The notes: generated from the sequence alone by a model not told the origin. Numbered from the stretch's first letter, positions 1-11,155 are shown. The stretch: 64,000 nucleotides of DNA from Patescibacteria group bacterium (GCA_028704015.1 JAQVLT010000004.1:6052-70051); one strand, 5' to 3'. Numbers and translations are program-made.

Positions 1-1959
1 ATCAAAACCGACGCTCTGAATTATTATGATGTTTCGCGCCAAATAAATCTGGATAACTATTTAAGCGAAATAAATAAAAATGGCTTTACTATCGCCAATA
101 ATCCCGCACCGAAAGAAGCGGATAATTTTTTAAGCGCTTATGATTATTTGAATAATAAAAACCTGCCGATTTTGATTACCGATGATTTTTTGTTTTACTA
201 TTATCAAAACACCTTAAAGCAAATCTATAAAGACATAGAAAATAATATTTTTTATGATAATCTTTGGAAAATAAATACCAATTTATTTAACACCGCCGAC
301 ACTCGCTATCGCGCGCTTAAAGCTAGTTCAAAGTTACCCAATGATCCGATTCTAGAAGGGGCGCGCGTTGAAGCCATTTACTATGGCGTAACTCTAGAAT
401 TGCTAAAACCGAAAATTAAACAAATTAAAGAAGAAGCAACCGACAATTCGGATTTTAAAACCGGCGATGATGCGTTTTATAATTTTGATGCTCCGTCATA
501 TCTCAAGGAAGACATAAACAAAGAAACTGCTTTAATTTATGGTCAAAATACATCGGCTAAATCGCCAACATTTTTGTACACAGTAAATTATGCTAATTTT
601 ACCATTCCAGAGGATTACAAAAATAATTCCCGCTTAAGTAATTTTTATTTAGCGACCAAGTGGCTCAATTCGGTGTTTCCGGTTTATTTTAAGGATGCTA
701 ACTGCAAAACTTGCTTATTGGACAAAGACGATTGGCGCGTTAACATGATTGCCGCCAGCTTTATCGCCAAAGATTTAGCCACGAGCCAAAATTTAAAAAA
801 CGATTGGGCAATAATTTATAAAATAATGTCATTTTTTACGGGTCTTCGGGCGGATTTAACTTACTTAAATTATGACAATGCTTTAAAAGAAATATTTGGC
901 CAAGATTACAAAATTGAAGAATTATTTTCTTTGTCCAACAGTAAACAAGATGAAAATTTAACCAAACTTAAGAATAAAATCGCAGGAATCAAATTTAACG
1001 AAATTGAAGGCTCTTACGATAGAAATAATTCCTCTTTAAAATCATATTTAGGTTTGCGAGTGCTAGCGGAGAATTACTCGCCGGACAATTATTTATTTAG
1101 TCAGCTGATTTCGCCAAAAGTCGCTGATTATCTTGGGACAAAAAATACGGCGAACTCAAGCGTGACTTATTGCAGTAATTCCGAATCGCGTTGCCGCGGA
1201 ATGGGTTTGGATATAATCAATTTGGCCTATCCATTGCAGCCGGAAATTAAATATTTCAGCAGTAACATAAATTATAAAAATTATTCTAATCAAGCCGCTT
1301 CGCTAAAAAAACAGCTTGCTGATTTTAATCTCAACACCTGGCATAATAGTGGCTATTGGTCCAATCTTAATATTATTAAAACTTATTTAGAAAACAATAC
1401 TTCGCCAAAACTAAGCTTTACGCAAAATAGTTTATGGAGAAATAAAAACGTTAACACCGCGTTAGGCGCTTGGTTAAATCCAAAACTTCCAATGGACGAA
1501 TTCACTTTAAACGTTGAAAAAACAGGTGGATTAGGCAACTTTTCTGAATGCAATTACCTTAACTATATTGAACCAAATTTACCGCTCGTACGTGAACTTG
1601 AAGCGAATACAAACATGATTTTAGAAATGCTCAAAGCTCTAAGCGCTACCTCAAAAGCGAATAATGCGGAAATACTATTGAACGATTTATCTTTAAAATT
1701 GGCTGATCTAAGTAAAATTATTCAGAAAGAGTTGAATAACCAAAATATAAATGCCGACGATTGTAAATTTATTGATAGATTAACCAAACAGTATAAAGTA
1801 GCCAGAAAGGGTAAAAAAGAACTTCCAATTTATTTTGACAGCAAAAATAATATTAATGAAAGCATAAACGGAATAAAATTTGCGCTCTTGGTTTATAATA
1901 TTAATAATAAAAATTATCTCGCAATCGGGCCGGTATTCAATTATTCAGAGAGCAAATAA
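1..1959 (+). CDS. Hypothetical protein, 5'-partial (reading frame open from window edge); possibly DUF3160-like
   Basis: Frame 1 has no stop from nt 1 to the annotated ATG at 148, so the CDS continues upstream of the window. 603+ aa, Asn/Lys-rich, no motif recognised by eye. Confidence 0.5.
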   Translation: MKTDALNYYDVSRQINLDNYLSEINKNGFTIANNPAPKEADNFLSAYDYLNNKNLPILITDDFLFYYYQNTLKQIYKDIENNIFYDNLWKINTNLFNTADTRYRALKASSKLPNDPILEGARVEAIYYGVTLELLKPKIKQIKEEATDNSDFKTGDDAFYNFDAPSYLKEDINKETALIYGQNTSAKSPTFLYTVNYANFTIPEDYKNNSRLSNFYLATKWLNSVFPVYFKDANCKTCLLDKDDWRVNMIAASFIAKDLATSQNLKNDWAIIYKIMSFFTGLRADLTYLNYDNALKEIFGQDYKIEELFSLSNSKQDENLTKLKNKIAGIKFNEIEGSYDRNNSSLKSYLGLRVLAENYSPDNYLFSQLISPKVADYLGTKNTANSSVTYCSNSESRCRGMGLDIINLAYPLQPEIKYFSSNINYKNYSNQAASLKKQLADFNLNTWHNSGYWSNLNIIKTYLENNTSPKLSFTQNSLWRNKNVNTALGAWLNPKLPMDEFTLNVEKTGGLGNFSECNYLNYIEPNLPLVRELEANTNMILEMLKALSATSKANNAEILLNDLSLKLADLSKIIQKELNNQNINADDCKFIDRLTKQYKVARKGKKELPIYFDSKNNINESINGIKFALLVYNINNKNYLAIGPVFNYSESK

Positions 1960-1964
1960 GGCTA

Positions 1965-1993
1965 TTGACAGAAAAATTTTCTATGTTATTATA
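1965..1993 (+). promoter_or_regulatory. Putative sigma70-type promoter of the Rrf2 regulator / Fe-S operon (TTGACA-17 nt-ATTATA)
   Basis: TTGACA at 1965-1970 and an ATTATA-like -10 at 1988-1993, about 35 nt upstream of the ATG at 2028. Confidence 0.4.
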
Positions 1994-1995
1994 TA

Positions 1996-2020
1996 AATAC
2001 CCACTAATTTAGTAGGTATT
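1996..2020 (+). promoter_or_regulatory. Imperfect 12-1-12 palindrome AATACCCACTAA-T-TTAGTAGGTATT; candidate Rrf2/IscR-type operator
   Basis: 11 of 12 positions are complementary between the half-sites. It lies between the -10 and the start codon of the Rrf2 gene, a typical place for an autoregulatory site. Confidence 0.35.
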
Positions 2021-2027
2021 TATTTTT

Positions 2028-2429
2028 ATGAAATTTTCCACGCGGACAACCTATGGCCTTCGGGCGATGATTAATCTCGGCAAGCATTACCAAGAGGGAA
2101 GTATTTCTTTAAATATTATCGCTAAGGAAGAAAAAATATCACTCAAATATTTAGAACGTTTGTTTGCGATTTTAAAAAATGCCGGTTTGGTTAATTCGCA
2201 GAAAGGCGTGTCCGGAGGTTACCAGTTAAAAAATTCGCCTAAAAAAATAAATATTTATGAAATTATCAAAATTCTTGAAGGCGAGATTAATCCGTTTTAT
2301 TGCGTGGATAGCCGCGGAAAAATTTATTGCAACAAAGCTTGCGGCTGCGGCGCTAATTTAGTCTTAAAAAAAGTTCAGGAGGCGATAGTGAACACTTTAA
2401 AAAGCATCAAGCTATCGGACTTATTATGA
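2028..2429 (+). CDS. Rrf2 family transcriptional regulator (IscR-like, Cys-containing)
   Basis: N-terminal wHTH (TRTTYGLRAMINLG...ISLKYLERLF) and a C-terminal Cys cluster (C..C.C.C). Directly upstream of the IscU/Nfu/cysteine desulfurase genes. Confidence 0.8.
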   Translation: MKFSTRTTYGLRAMINLGKHYQEGSISLNIIAKEEKISLKYLERLFAILKNAGLVNSQKGVSGGYQLKNSPKKINIYEIIKILEGEINPFYCVDSRGKIYCNKACGCGANLVLKKVQEAIVNTLKSIKLSDLL

Positions 2430-3166
2430 AATATTTATTCATATTAATATTTTTATTCGCGCCAATTTTTGTCGTCAAGGCGGCGGACACCATGATTGAT
2501 AGCGATAATGACGGTCTAAGCGACCAAGAAGAAACAAATGTTTATCATTCTGACGCGAATAATTCGGATACGGATAATGATGGCTTTGATGATGGAGTAG
2601 AAATAAAAAACAGTTATTCGCCGCTTGATCCCAAGCCAACAAAACTTAAAGACAGCGACTATGACCACGATAGCTTGTCCGACGATCTGGAAATTAAATT
2701 TCACGCAGATTTAACCAATTCAGATACTGATGGTGACGGGTTTACTGACGGCGATGAAATAAAAAATGGTTACGATCCGCTTTCCGTGGAAAAGAAAAAA
2801 TTAGCCAAAAAAATTGAAATTAACATAAAAAATCAGAAATTAAGTTATTTTTTGAGTGACGTTGAATTGGGCGAATTTCCGGTTTCATCCGGCAAAAATA
2901 ATTCCACGCCCAAAGGAACTTATAAAGTTTTGAACAAAAGCTTGAAAGCTTGGTCAAAATTCGGACTTTGGATGCCATATTGGCTGGGGCTGGGTTCGCA
3001 CGGCGAATTCGGCATTCACGAATTGCCGTATTGGCCGAATGGCTACCGCGAAGGCAGTAATCATTTAGGTACGCCGGTTTCCCACGGTTGCGTTCGCCTC
3101 GGAATCGGACCGGCTAAATTAATTTATGATTGGGTCGAAGTCGGAACACCAGTAGTAATAAAATAA
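2426..3166 (+). CDS. Secreted L,D-transpeptidase (YkuD domain) with N-terminal thrombospondin-type-3-like Ca-binding Asp repeats
   Basis: Signal peptide, then repeated DxDxDGxxDxxE motifs, then a C-terminal SHGCVRL catalytic motif. The start overlaps the Rrf2 stop (ATGA). Confidence 0.75.
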   Translation: MKYLFILIFLFAPIFVVKAADTMIDSDNDGLSDQEETNVYHSDANNSDTDNDGFDDGVEIKNSYSPLDPKPTKLKDSDYDHDSLSDDLEIKFHADLTNSDTDGDGFTDGDEIKNGYDPLSVEKKKLAKKIEINIKNQKLSYFLSDVELGEFPVSSGKNNSTPKGTYKVLNKSLKAWSKFGLWMPYWLGLGSHGEFGIHELPYWPNGYREGSNHLGTPVSHGCVRLGIGPAKLIYDWVEVGTPVVIK

Positions 3167-3179
3167 ATAAAAATTTAAA

Positions 3180-3203
3180 CCTGCCTGCCTGCCGGCAGGC
3201 AGG
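3180..3203. repeat. GC-rich palindrome CCTGCCTGCCGGCAGGCAGG (copy 1 of 2; the second copy is at 26429-26446)
   Basis: A perfect 10+10 palindrome immediately after the L,D-transpeptidase stop. An identical core recurs at 26429-26446. Confidence 0.6.
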
Positions 3204-3275
3204 AATTAAATAATCTAAAAATTTAAAATAAAAAAATAAATTTTTAAGTTTTTAAATTCTTGGATTTTTAAAAAT

Positions 3276-3668
3276 ATGTATACAAAAAAAGTTATCAGTC
3301 ATTTCAAAAATCCGCATAATCAGGGCAAGATTAAAGACGCCGATGCGATTGGCGAGGCCGGCAATCCGGTTTGCGGCGATGTGATGAAGATCTATTTGAA
3401 AATGGCTAAAAACAAAAAAGGTGAAGAAATAATTAAAGATGTGAAGTTTGAAACGCTGGGCTGCGCGGCGGCAATCGCGGTTTCTTCGGCCCTGACAGAC
3501 TTGGTAAAAGGCAAAACAATCAAAGAAGCGTTAAAAATTACCAAAGATCAGATAGTTAAAGATCTGGGCGGTTTGCCTGCGCCAAAAATCCACTGTTCAA
3601 TGTTAGGCGTTGAGGCGTTGCATGAAGCGATAAAGAATTATAAAAAAGAACATTCAAATAAAACATAG
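3276..3668 (+). CDS. iscU: Fe-S cluster assembly scaffold IscU/NifU N-terminal-domain protein
   Basis: Three conserved Cys in the GNPVCGD, LGCAAAIA and PKIHCSMLGVEAL motifs; 130 aa. Confidence 0.85.
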   Translation: MYTKKVISHFKNPHNQGKIKDADAIGEAGNPVCGDVMKIYLKMAKNKKGEEIIKDVKFETLGCAAAIAVSSALTDLVKGKTIKEALKITKDQIVKDLGGLPAPKIHCSMLGVEALHEAIKNYKKEHSNKT

Positions 3669-3695
3669 CCTTTTTGAAGCGAGGAGGAACGTAAG

Positions 3696-3842
3696 ATGAA
3701 ATGCGTGGCTGTGGTCACGGAAGGGGGTAAGCAAATTGTTCGTTGCTTCATATGGTCTGCTATCGGAATTCCGATGGCCTTTCTGGTTTGTCTTTCTTTA
3801 TGGGACGAAGAACGCACAAAAAAGAAGGGAGGATGGCGGTGA
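3696..3842 (+). CDS. Tiny GC-rich ORF (48 aa, MKCVAVVTEGG...), hypothetical
   Basis: GAGGAGG SD 6-8 nt upstream of the ATG, inside the GC-rich 3669-4028 islet. Not in the supplied ORF track (too short). Could be non-coding. Confidence 0.2.
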   Translation: MKCVAVVTEGGKQIVRCFIWSAIGIPMAFLVCLSLWDEERTKKKGGWR

Positions 3843-4028
3843 AAAATTTAATCTCCGAATTATGGGGTGACATCAAATTTTTTTGGGCGCTGTGCGGTTT
3901 CTGGGGCAACCCCTACAAAGGAGGGGTGTCAAGGGGCAGAAAAAAATAACCCGCACATTACGGCTCGGGGGCGCGCGCTGTTTGACACGCCCCACCATTT
4001 TTACAACAATTTTATTAATTATAAATTT

Positions 4029-4283
4029 ATGAAAAAGAAAGTTACAACAAAAAAATCAACCGAATCTAAAATTAAAAAAGCTTTGGATAAAATCAGACCG
4101 GCTTTGCAGATGGATGGCGGCGATGTTGAATTGATTTCTTGGGACGAAAAAAATAAAGTCGTCAAAGTTCATTTAGTCGGCCGTTGCGCCGGCTGTCCGA
4201 TGTCGCAAATAACTTTAAAGCAAGGCGTAGCCAAGGAAATTATCAAAGCAGCTCCAGAGGTTAAAGATGTTGTGTCAGTCTAA
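4029..4283 (+). CDS. NifU C-terminal domain / Nfu-type Fe-S cluster carrier protein
   Basis: GRCAGCP CxxC motif and Nfu-like length (84 aa). The ATG at 4029 is preferred over the track's 3867 start because the upstream part is a different, GC-rich region with no similarity. Confidence 0.75.
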   Translation: MKKKVTTKKSTESKIKKALDKIRPALQMDGGDVELISWDEKNKVVKVHLVGRCAGCPMSQITLKQGVAKEIIKAAPEVKDVVSV

Positions 4284-4297
4284 CCATTATTATAAAA

Positions 4298-4329
4298 GGA
4301 ATCGCAAACCCTTAAGGGTTTGCGATTCC
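4298..4329. promoter_or_regulatory. Perfect 14-bp-stem palindrome GGAATCGCAAACCC-TTAA-GGGTTTGCGATTCC between nfu and the cysteine desulfurase gene
   Basis: 32-nt perfect inverted repeat with no clean T-tract downstream. Candidate attenuator, processing site or protein-binding site. Confidence 0.4.
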
Positions 4330-4341
4330 ATAATAATATTT

Positions 4342-5586
4342 ATGAAAAAAATTTATCTTGATCATAGTGCGACCACGCCGGTTGATCCAAAAGTTCTCAA
4401 AGAAATGTTGCCATATTTTACTCAAAAATTTGGCAATGCTTCTTCAATTCACGGTTTCGGCCAAGAGGCTTTAGCCGGCGCCGACAGAGCCCGCGAACAA
4501 GTGGCTAATTTTTTGAATTGTGAAACCGGCGAGATAGTTTTCACTTCTGGCGCGACCGAATCAAATAATCTTGCCGTCAGAGGTTTTATTAAAGCGCTTC
4601 AAAAAAATAAAGCCAATCAAAACAAAAAATTTCATATTATCACTTCATTGGTTGAACATGACGCTATTCTTGAGCCATGTATGGAATTGGAAAAAAATGG
4701 AATTGAGGTGACGTATTTACCGGTCAAATCCAATGGTGTAGTTGATATTAATAAATTTGAAAAATCAATAAAAGACAATACGGTTTTAATAAGCGTAATG
4801 TATGTGAATAGCGAGGTTGGCAGTATTCAGCCGATCAGAGAAATGGGAAAAATAATTAAAAAAATTAATGAAAAACGCTTAAAAGACTGGCAAAGATTAA
4901 GCGCCAAAGATAGAGGCGAGAAGCCGCAAAAAATTTATTTTCATACCGACGCCACGCAGGCGGTAAATTTTCTAAATTGCGATACAAAATATCTGCACGT
5001 TGATATGTTGAGCTTATCCGGCCACAAAATTTACGGTCCTAAAGGCATCGGCGCCCTGTTTGTTAAAAATGAAACGCCGCTTGCCGCAATGCAACTGGGC
5101 GGGCATCAGGAAAAAAACATGCGCAGCGGCACTTTGAATGTGGTGGGAATTGTCGGTCTGGGAAAAGCGATTAGCATGCTTGATAAAAAAAACGTTGAAA
5201 AAAATAATAAAAAAATCGCGGCGTTACGCGATATGTTGGTTCTAGGAATAAAGAAAAATATTCCCGATGTGGTTTTGAATACCGATAGAGCCAACGCCAC
5301 GCCTTCGCACGCGCATTTTTCATTTCTAGACGTAGAAGGGGAGTCATCACTGATTTCATTGGATCTGGAGGGAATTGCCGTTTCCACCGGTTCAGCGTGC
5401 GCCTCGGGCAGTTTAAAGGCCTCTCACGTGCTTCTGGCGATGGGTATCAAGGTGGAAGTCGCTCATAACTCGGTGCGTTTTACGCTAGGCAAAAATAACA
5501 CCGCCGAGGAAATTAGAAAAACTATTAAAGTTTTACCGCCGATTATTAAGAGATTAAGGGAAATGAATCCGTTGTATAAAAATTAA
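4342..5586 (+). CDS. Cysteine desulfurase (class V aminotransferase, IscS/NifS type)
   Basis: SLSGHKIYGPKGIGAL PLP-lysine motif and a C-terminal SGSACASG catalytic Cys loop. Start placed at MKKIYLDHSATTP (internal Met of the track ORF). Confidence 0.85.
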   Translation: MKKIYLDHSATTPVDPKVLKEMLPYFTQKFGNASSIHGFGQEALAGADRAREQVANFLNCETGEIVFTSGATESNNLAVRGFIKALQKNKANQNKKFHIITSLVEHDAILEPCMELEKNGIEVTYLPVKSNGVVDINKFEKSIKDNTVLISVMYVNSEVGSIQPIREMGKIIKKINEKRLKDWQRLSAKDRGEKPQKIYFHTDATQAVNFLNCDTKYLHVDMLSLSGHKIYGPKGIGALFVKNETPLAAMQLGGHQEKNMRSGTLNVVGIVGLGKAISMLDKKNVEKNNKKIAALRDMLVLGIKKNIPDVVLNTDRANATPSHAHFSFLDVEGESSLISLDLEGIAVSTGSACASGSLKASHVLLAMGIKVEVAHNSVRFTLGKNNTAEEIRKTIKVLPPIIKRLREMNPLYKN

Positions 5587-5614
5587 ATAATTTAAAAAAA
5601 TCAATAAAATAAAT

Positions 5615-5642
5615 GAAGGTGGACAAACGTTTGTCCACCTTC
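5615..5642. terminator. Bidirectional rho-independent terminator (GAAGGTGGACAAACG/TTTGTCCACCTTC)
   Basis: Perfect 13-bp stem flanked by A/T runs, between convergent genes (cysteine desulfurase on + and a membrane protein on -). Confidence 0.6.
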
Positions 5643-5644
5643 AT

Positions 5645-7612
<1,968 letters not shown>

Positions 7613-7634
7613 AAATTAATTATATCAGTTTTGT

Positions 7635-8222
7635 ATGATAGACACCAACTATCAAGCGGCGGAAAAATTTTTCCCGCAAGATAAAATTTTAGCAAAAACA
7701 GCGCTAAAACTTTTTCCTAAATCAATCACCCCTAACCATATCACCGTTTTTCGCTTTTTGGCTAGTCCTATCGTTGGGATATTGATGCTTTGCGACAGTT
7801 TTGTGGTGGGGCTAGTCGCCTTTCTTCTTGTAGCATTTAGCGACGCCCTAGACGGATCAATGGCACGCACGCGAAACCAAATAACCAACTGGGGTAAAAT
7901 CTACGATCCTTTAGCCGACAAAATTCTCATTGCTTGCGCTATTTTTACCATAGTTTTACGATATGTTGATCTTTGGACTTCTTTAATTATAATAATACTG
8001 GAAACTATAATAGTATTAGTTGCGTGGAGAAGAAAAGAGAGGGGAGGGAAGGTGGAAGCGAATATTTGGGGAAAAATTAAAATGTGTTTGCAAGTACTAG
8101 GTGTAACAATCCTTTTGATCTCCATAGTCTTTGATTGGGCAGGCCTTCTTCCTTTCGCTTCCGGGACTCTTTATCTCGCAATCGCTTTTGCTATTGTTAG
8201 CCTGCTAAGCTATGGCATTTAA
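7635..8222 (+). CDS. CDP-alcohol phosphatidyltransferase family protein
   Basis: DALDGSMARTRNQITNWGKIYDPLADKI matches the D-G-x2-A-R...G-x3-D-x3-D signature; multi-TM. Confidence 0.75.
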   Translation: MIDTNYQAAEKFFPQDKILAKTALKLFPKSITPNHITVFRFLASPIVGILMLCDSFVVGLVAFLLVAFSDALDGSMARTRNQITNWGKIYDPLADKILIACAIFTIVLRYVDLWTSLIIIILETIIVLVAWRRKERGGKVEANIWGKIKMCLQVLGVTILLISIVFDWAGLLPFASGTLYLAIAFAIVSLLSYGI

Positions 8223-9978
8223 CTATCTAAAAAAATATTGGCATTGGCCGGTTATCATCCTATTAGCGGCCTGTTTTTTTGTTGGTACTTCCAGCTATAT
8301 TTATTTTACGCAAAAAAATAATTTTGTAAAATTTTCTTCGCCAGATGAAACGGCTAATTATAATTTTGCCAAGCTATACGCAGAAACCGGCAATCTGCAG
8401 ATTCTGGAAAAATATAATTTAGTTGCCGGCGACATAATTCATCCGCGAAGCATGCGCAGTGATTTGGGATATGTAAAACCGGTGAGCTTTTTGGGAATTA
8501 TAATTATTTATGGAAAAATCGCTTCAATATTTGGAATAAAAATAATTCCTTATCTGACGCCACTTTTTGGAGCTATTGGCATAATATTTTTTTATTTGCT
8601 AATAAAAAAATTATTTGGCGCAAAAAATGCTTTGATTTCTTCTTTTATTTTTGCAGTCTTTCCGCCCTTTATGTACTATTCCGCTCGGAGTATGTTTCAC
8701 AATATATTATTCATGGTTTTATTGATTATCGGATTATATTTTTCAATATTGCTTGTTCAAAAAAGAGAAAATAAAAGAGAATACATTAATTATCTCTTCG
8801 CCGCCATCGCTGGATTATTTATCGGGCTAACGATTATTACCCGAACCTCGGAATTAATTTGGTTATTGCCAGCCCTTCTTATTTTATGGATTTTTAATAT
8901 AAAAAGAATTGGCTTCGTCAAACTAATAATATTTCTGACATTTGTATTTTTTGCGATTCTGCCGGTTATTTACTGGAACGACGTTTTGTATTCTTCACCT
9001 CTAAAAGGCGGCTACACGGAAATGAATCAGGCGGTAACAAATATTTCTCAAGCGAGTTTAAGCATTCCCAAAGAATTTATAAAAGGAAAATTTAATTATT
9101 TAGTTGATTTAATAAAAGTTTTAAAACGTAATATTTTTTATTTCGGCCTTAAACCAATGCAAGCTTGGAAAATGGCGCAAAATTATATAATTTTGATGTT
9201 TCCCTGGCTGTTTATTTTGGGGGTTTCCGGATTTATAGCATCGTTGTTTAGAATAAACAAATGGAAAAAAAAGGATTGGCAATATTTTTTAATATTAATT
9301 ACCATTTCAATTATTCTGATAATATATTATGGGAGTTGGAATTTTCATGACAATCCCGATCCTACCAAAACTACTATCGGCAATTCTTACACGCGCTATT
9401 GGCTACCAGTCTATTTTGGCCTTATCCCATTGGCAAGTTATTTTCTCATTGAATTAGGCAAAACAATTTTTTTTCTCAAAGATAACGACGTCATCAAACT
9501 TAAAAACAAATTTTTAAATTTTATTTTAAAAATTTTACGCTTACCCAATCGCGATTTTTTAATAAATAGTTTATTGATAGTTAGCACACTCTTTATTTAC
9601 TATTATTCAATTTCTTTTATTTTGCACGGCTCAGAGGAGGGGCTGATTTATTCTTATGAAACGCAAAGATTGGCAAAAATTGAACAGAATAAACTGCTAA
9701 ATAGCACGGAAAATAACTCCGCCATTATAACTTTTTATGCCGATAAAATAATTTTTCCGGAAAGAAAAATTATTATTGGCAATCTCAATGATCCGGAAAT
9801 GAACAAAATCTATGCTAAACTATCAGACTATCTGCCTGTTTATTATTATCATTTTAGTTTAACAGGCGAAGATATCGAATATCTGAATAATACTAAATTC
9901 AGAGATTTAAATATCCAAATCAAAAAAATTGCAAGAATTACAAAAGATTTTACTTTGTATAAAATAATTAAAAAATAA
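8212..9978 (+). CDS. Polytopic membrane glycosyltransferase, ArnT/PMT-like (GT-C fold)
   Basis: N-terminal loop SSPDETANYNFAKLY resembles the DE motif of GT39/GT83 enzymes; 10 or more TM segments. Confidence 0.5.
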   Translation: MAFNYLKKYWHWPVIILLAACFFVGTSSYIYFTQKNNFVKFSSPDETANYNFAKLYAETGNLQILEKYNLVAGDIIHPRSMRSDLGYVKPVSFLGIIIIYGKIASIFGIKIIPYLTPLFGAIGIIFFYLLIKKLFGAKNALISSFIFAVFPPFMYYSARSMFHNILFMVLLIIGLYFSILLVQKRENKREYINYLFAAIAGLFIGLTIITRTSELIWLLPALLILWIFNIKRIGFVKLIIFLTFVFFAILPVIYWNDVLYSSPLKGGYTEMNQAVTNISQASLSIPKEFIKGKFNYLVDLIKVLKRNIFYFGLKPMQAWKMAQNYIILMFPWLFILGVSGFIASLFRINKWKKKDWQYFLILITISIILIIYYGSWNFHDNPDPTKTTIGNSYTRYWLPVYFGLIPLASYFLIELGKTIFFLKDNDVIKLKNKFLNFILKILRLPNRDFLINSLLIVSTLFIYYYSISFILHGSEEGLIYSYETQRLAKIEQNKLLNSTENNSAIITFYADKIIFPERKIIIGNLNDPEMNKIYAKLSDYLPVYYYHFSLTGEDIEYLNNTKFRDLNIQIKKIARITKDFTLYKIIKK

Positions 9979-9979
9979 T

Positions 9980-10270
9980 ATGACTGCGAAAAATTTTAAG
10001 TTCCCTTCCGATGAAAATCCGCAAGAAGCTCGCTTGGATATTAAGAGATTAACTGATTTATTAGTTTTTGCGAGCAAATTTCACCAAGAGGCTAGCCCCA
10101 AAGACAGTGAAGCTGTCGTGCAAAAACAGCATCAGATATTCATGAGCGATCAGGAGCTAATAATTTTTTTGAATAATAGTAATAAACCCGAATGGGAAGT
10201 AAACTCCGTATTTTATTGCGCTCTTTGCGAAGAATTAAAAAAACGCGGTTTGATTCCAGATTTTTATTAA
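9980..10270 (+). CDS. Hypothetical protein (96 aa)
   Basis: ORF immediately after the preceding gene; no recognisable motif. Confidence 0.4.
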   Translation: MTAKNFKFPSDENPQEARLDIKRLTDLLVFASKFHQEASPKDSEAVVQKQHQIFMSDQELIIFLNNSNKPEWEVNSVFYCALCEELKKRGLIPDFY

Positions 10271-10285
10271 TACAATGAGGATAAT

Positions 10286-10316
10286 AAAAAACGACCGTAA
10301 TATTAACGGCCGTTTT
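10286..10316. terminator. Bidirectional terminator hairpin AAAAACGACCGT...ACGGCCGTTTTT
   Basis: Bulged stem flanked by A5/T5, between convergent genes. Confidence 0.5.
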
Positions 10317-10333
10317 TGTATTTACTGAAAATG

Positions 10334-11122
10334 TTAAAATTTAAAATTTGCGGTTAAATAGCCTACGCCGAACGGTCCTTCATATGATATAATCTCCGTT
10401 TCATACTCCATGCCATCAAGAATTCCGAGAAGAATCAAAATGGAACGCAAACCGCATTCGCCAGCGTCTTCAATGAAATTTTCGTTTAAATTTAATATTT
10501 CATCAATCTTTTTATTTTTAACAAACTCAATCAATTTTTGATCAAATTTCGCGGCCTTGGGTGAATAACCGGCGGGCGCAGACTTGGTTAGACGATGCGA
10601 CATATCGCCGGAAGCAATAATTGCAAATTTTTCTTTGCTTTGCACTAATTCTTGTTTTAATAATTGACCAAACTCGAAGTGATCCCTGAGACTCAAACCG
10701 GAAAAATATAAAGGAATTATTTCTATATTTTTTAAACTTTTAGTCAGGCAATAAAGTGGAACGCCGCAACCATGATCCAATCGCGGTTCACTTACTAATT
10801 GGAGAGCCGCTTTGGTTTCCAGGGCTTCTTTGATTTTATTAATAGATTTAATGTCGCCTTTAAATTTTAATTTAGTAGAAAAATCGCCAAAATCTTCAAA
10901 ATCCAAATGATATTCCGGACATAAATTCATGGTAAAACAATCTGGTTGAATAAAGCCATGCGGCGAAATTATTAAAATTGTTTCTGCTTTACTATCGGCT
11001 AAATTTTCTTGCAATTTTTTTAATCCATTTACAGTTTTTTCCAACAATTCTAAATTTTCTCGGCCAATGGTCGGTATAAGTATTGGCGGATGCGGAGTAA
11101 TTGCTCCAAAAACAATGGACAT
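10334..11122 (-). CDS. LigB-superfamily protein (class III extradiol dioxygenase / MEMO1-like)
   Basis: 262 aa with ITPHPP, ISPHG and SGDMSH His-containing motifs typical of the LigB/MEMO fold. Assignment by eye only. Confidence 0.5.
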   Translation of the reverse strand: MSIVFGAITPHPPILIPTIGRENLELLEKTVNGLKKLQENLADSKAETILIISPHGFIQPDCFTMNLCPEYHLDFEDFGDFSTKLKFKGDIKSINKIKEALETKAALQLVSEPRLDHGCGVPLYCLTKSLKNIEIIPLYFSGLSLRDHFEFGQLLKQELVQSKEKFAIIASGDMSHRLTKSAPAGYSPKAAKFDQKLIEFVKNKKIDEILNLNENFIEDAGECGLRSILILLGILDGMEYETEIISYEGPFGVGYLTANFKF

Positions 11123-11155
11123 AATTTGAAAATTAAATATTAGTTTGATTATTTT

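Noticed and set aside
3669-4028. Possibility that the GC-rich islet is tmRNA, RNase P RNA or SRP RNA
   Set aside because: It lacks the tRNA-like T-loop (GGTTCGA/GTTCAA) and tag-reading frame of tmRNA, the GGAAAGTCCGGGC / ACAGAAcCCGGCTTA P4 strands of RNase P RNA, and the GGAAGCAGCC domain-IV motif of SRP RNA. It remains an unassigned feature rather than a called RNA gene.
3867-4283. Long version of the Nfu ORF starting at 3867 (MTSNFFGRCAVSGATPTKEG...)
   Set aside because: The first about 55 codons lie in the GC-rich islet and have no Nfu-like sequence. A clean ATG at 4029 (MKKKVTTKK) gives a canonical about 84-aa Nfu domain protein.
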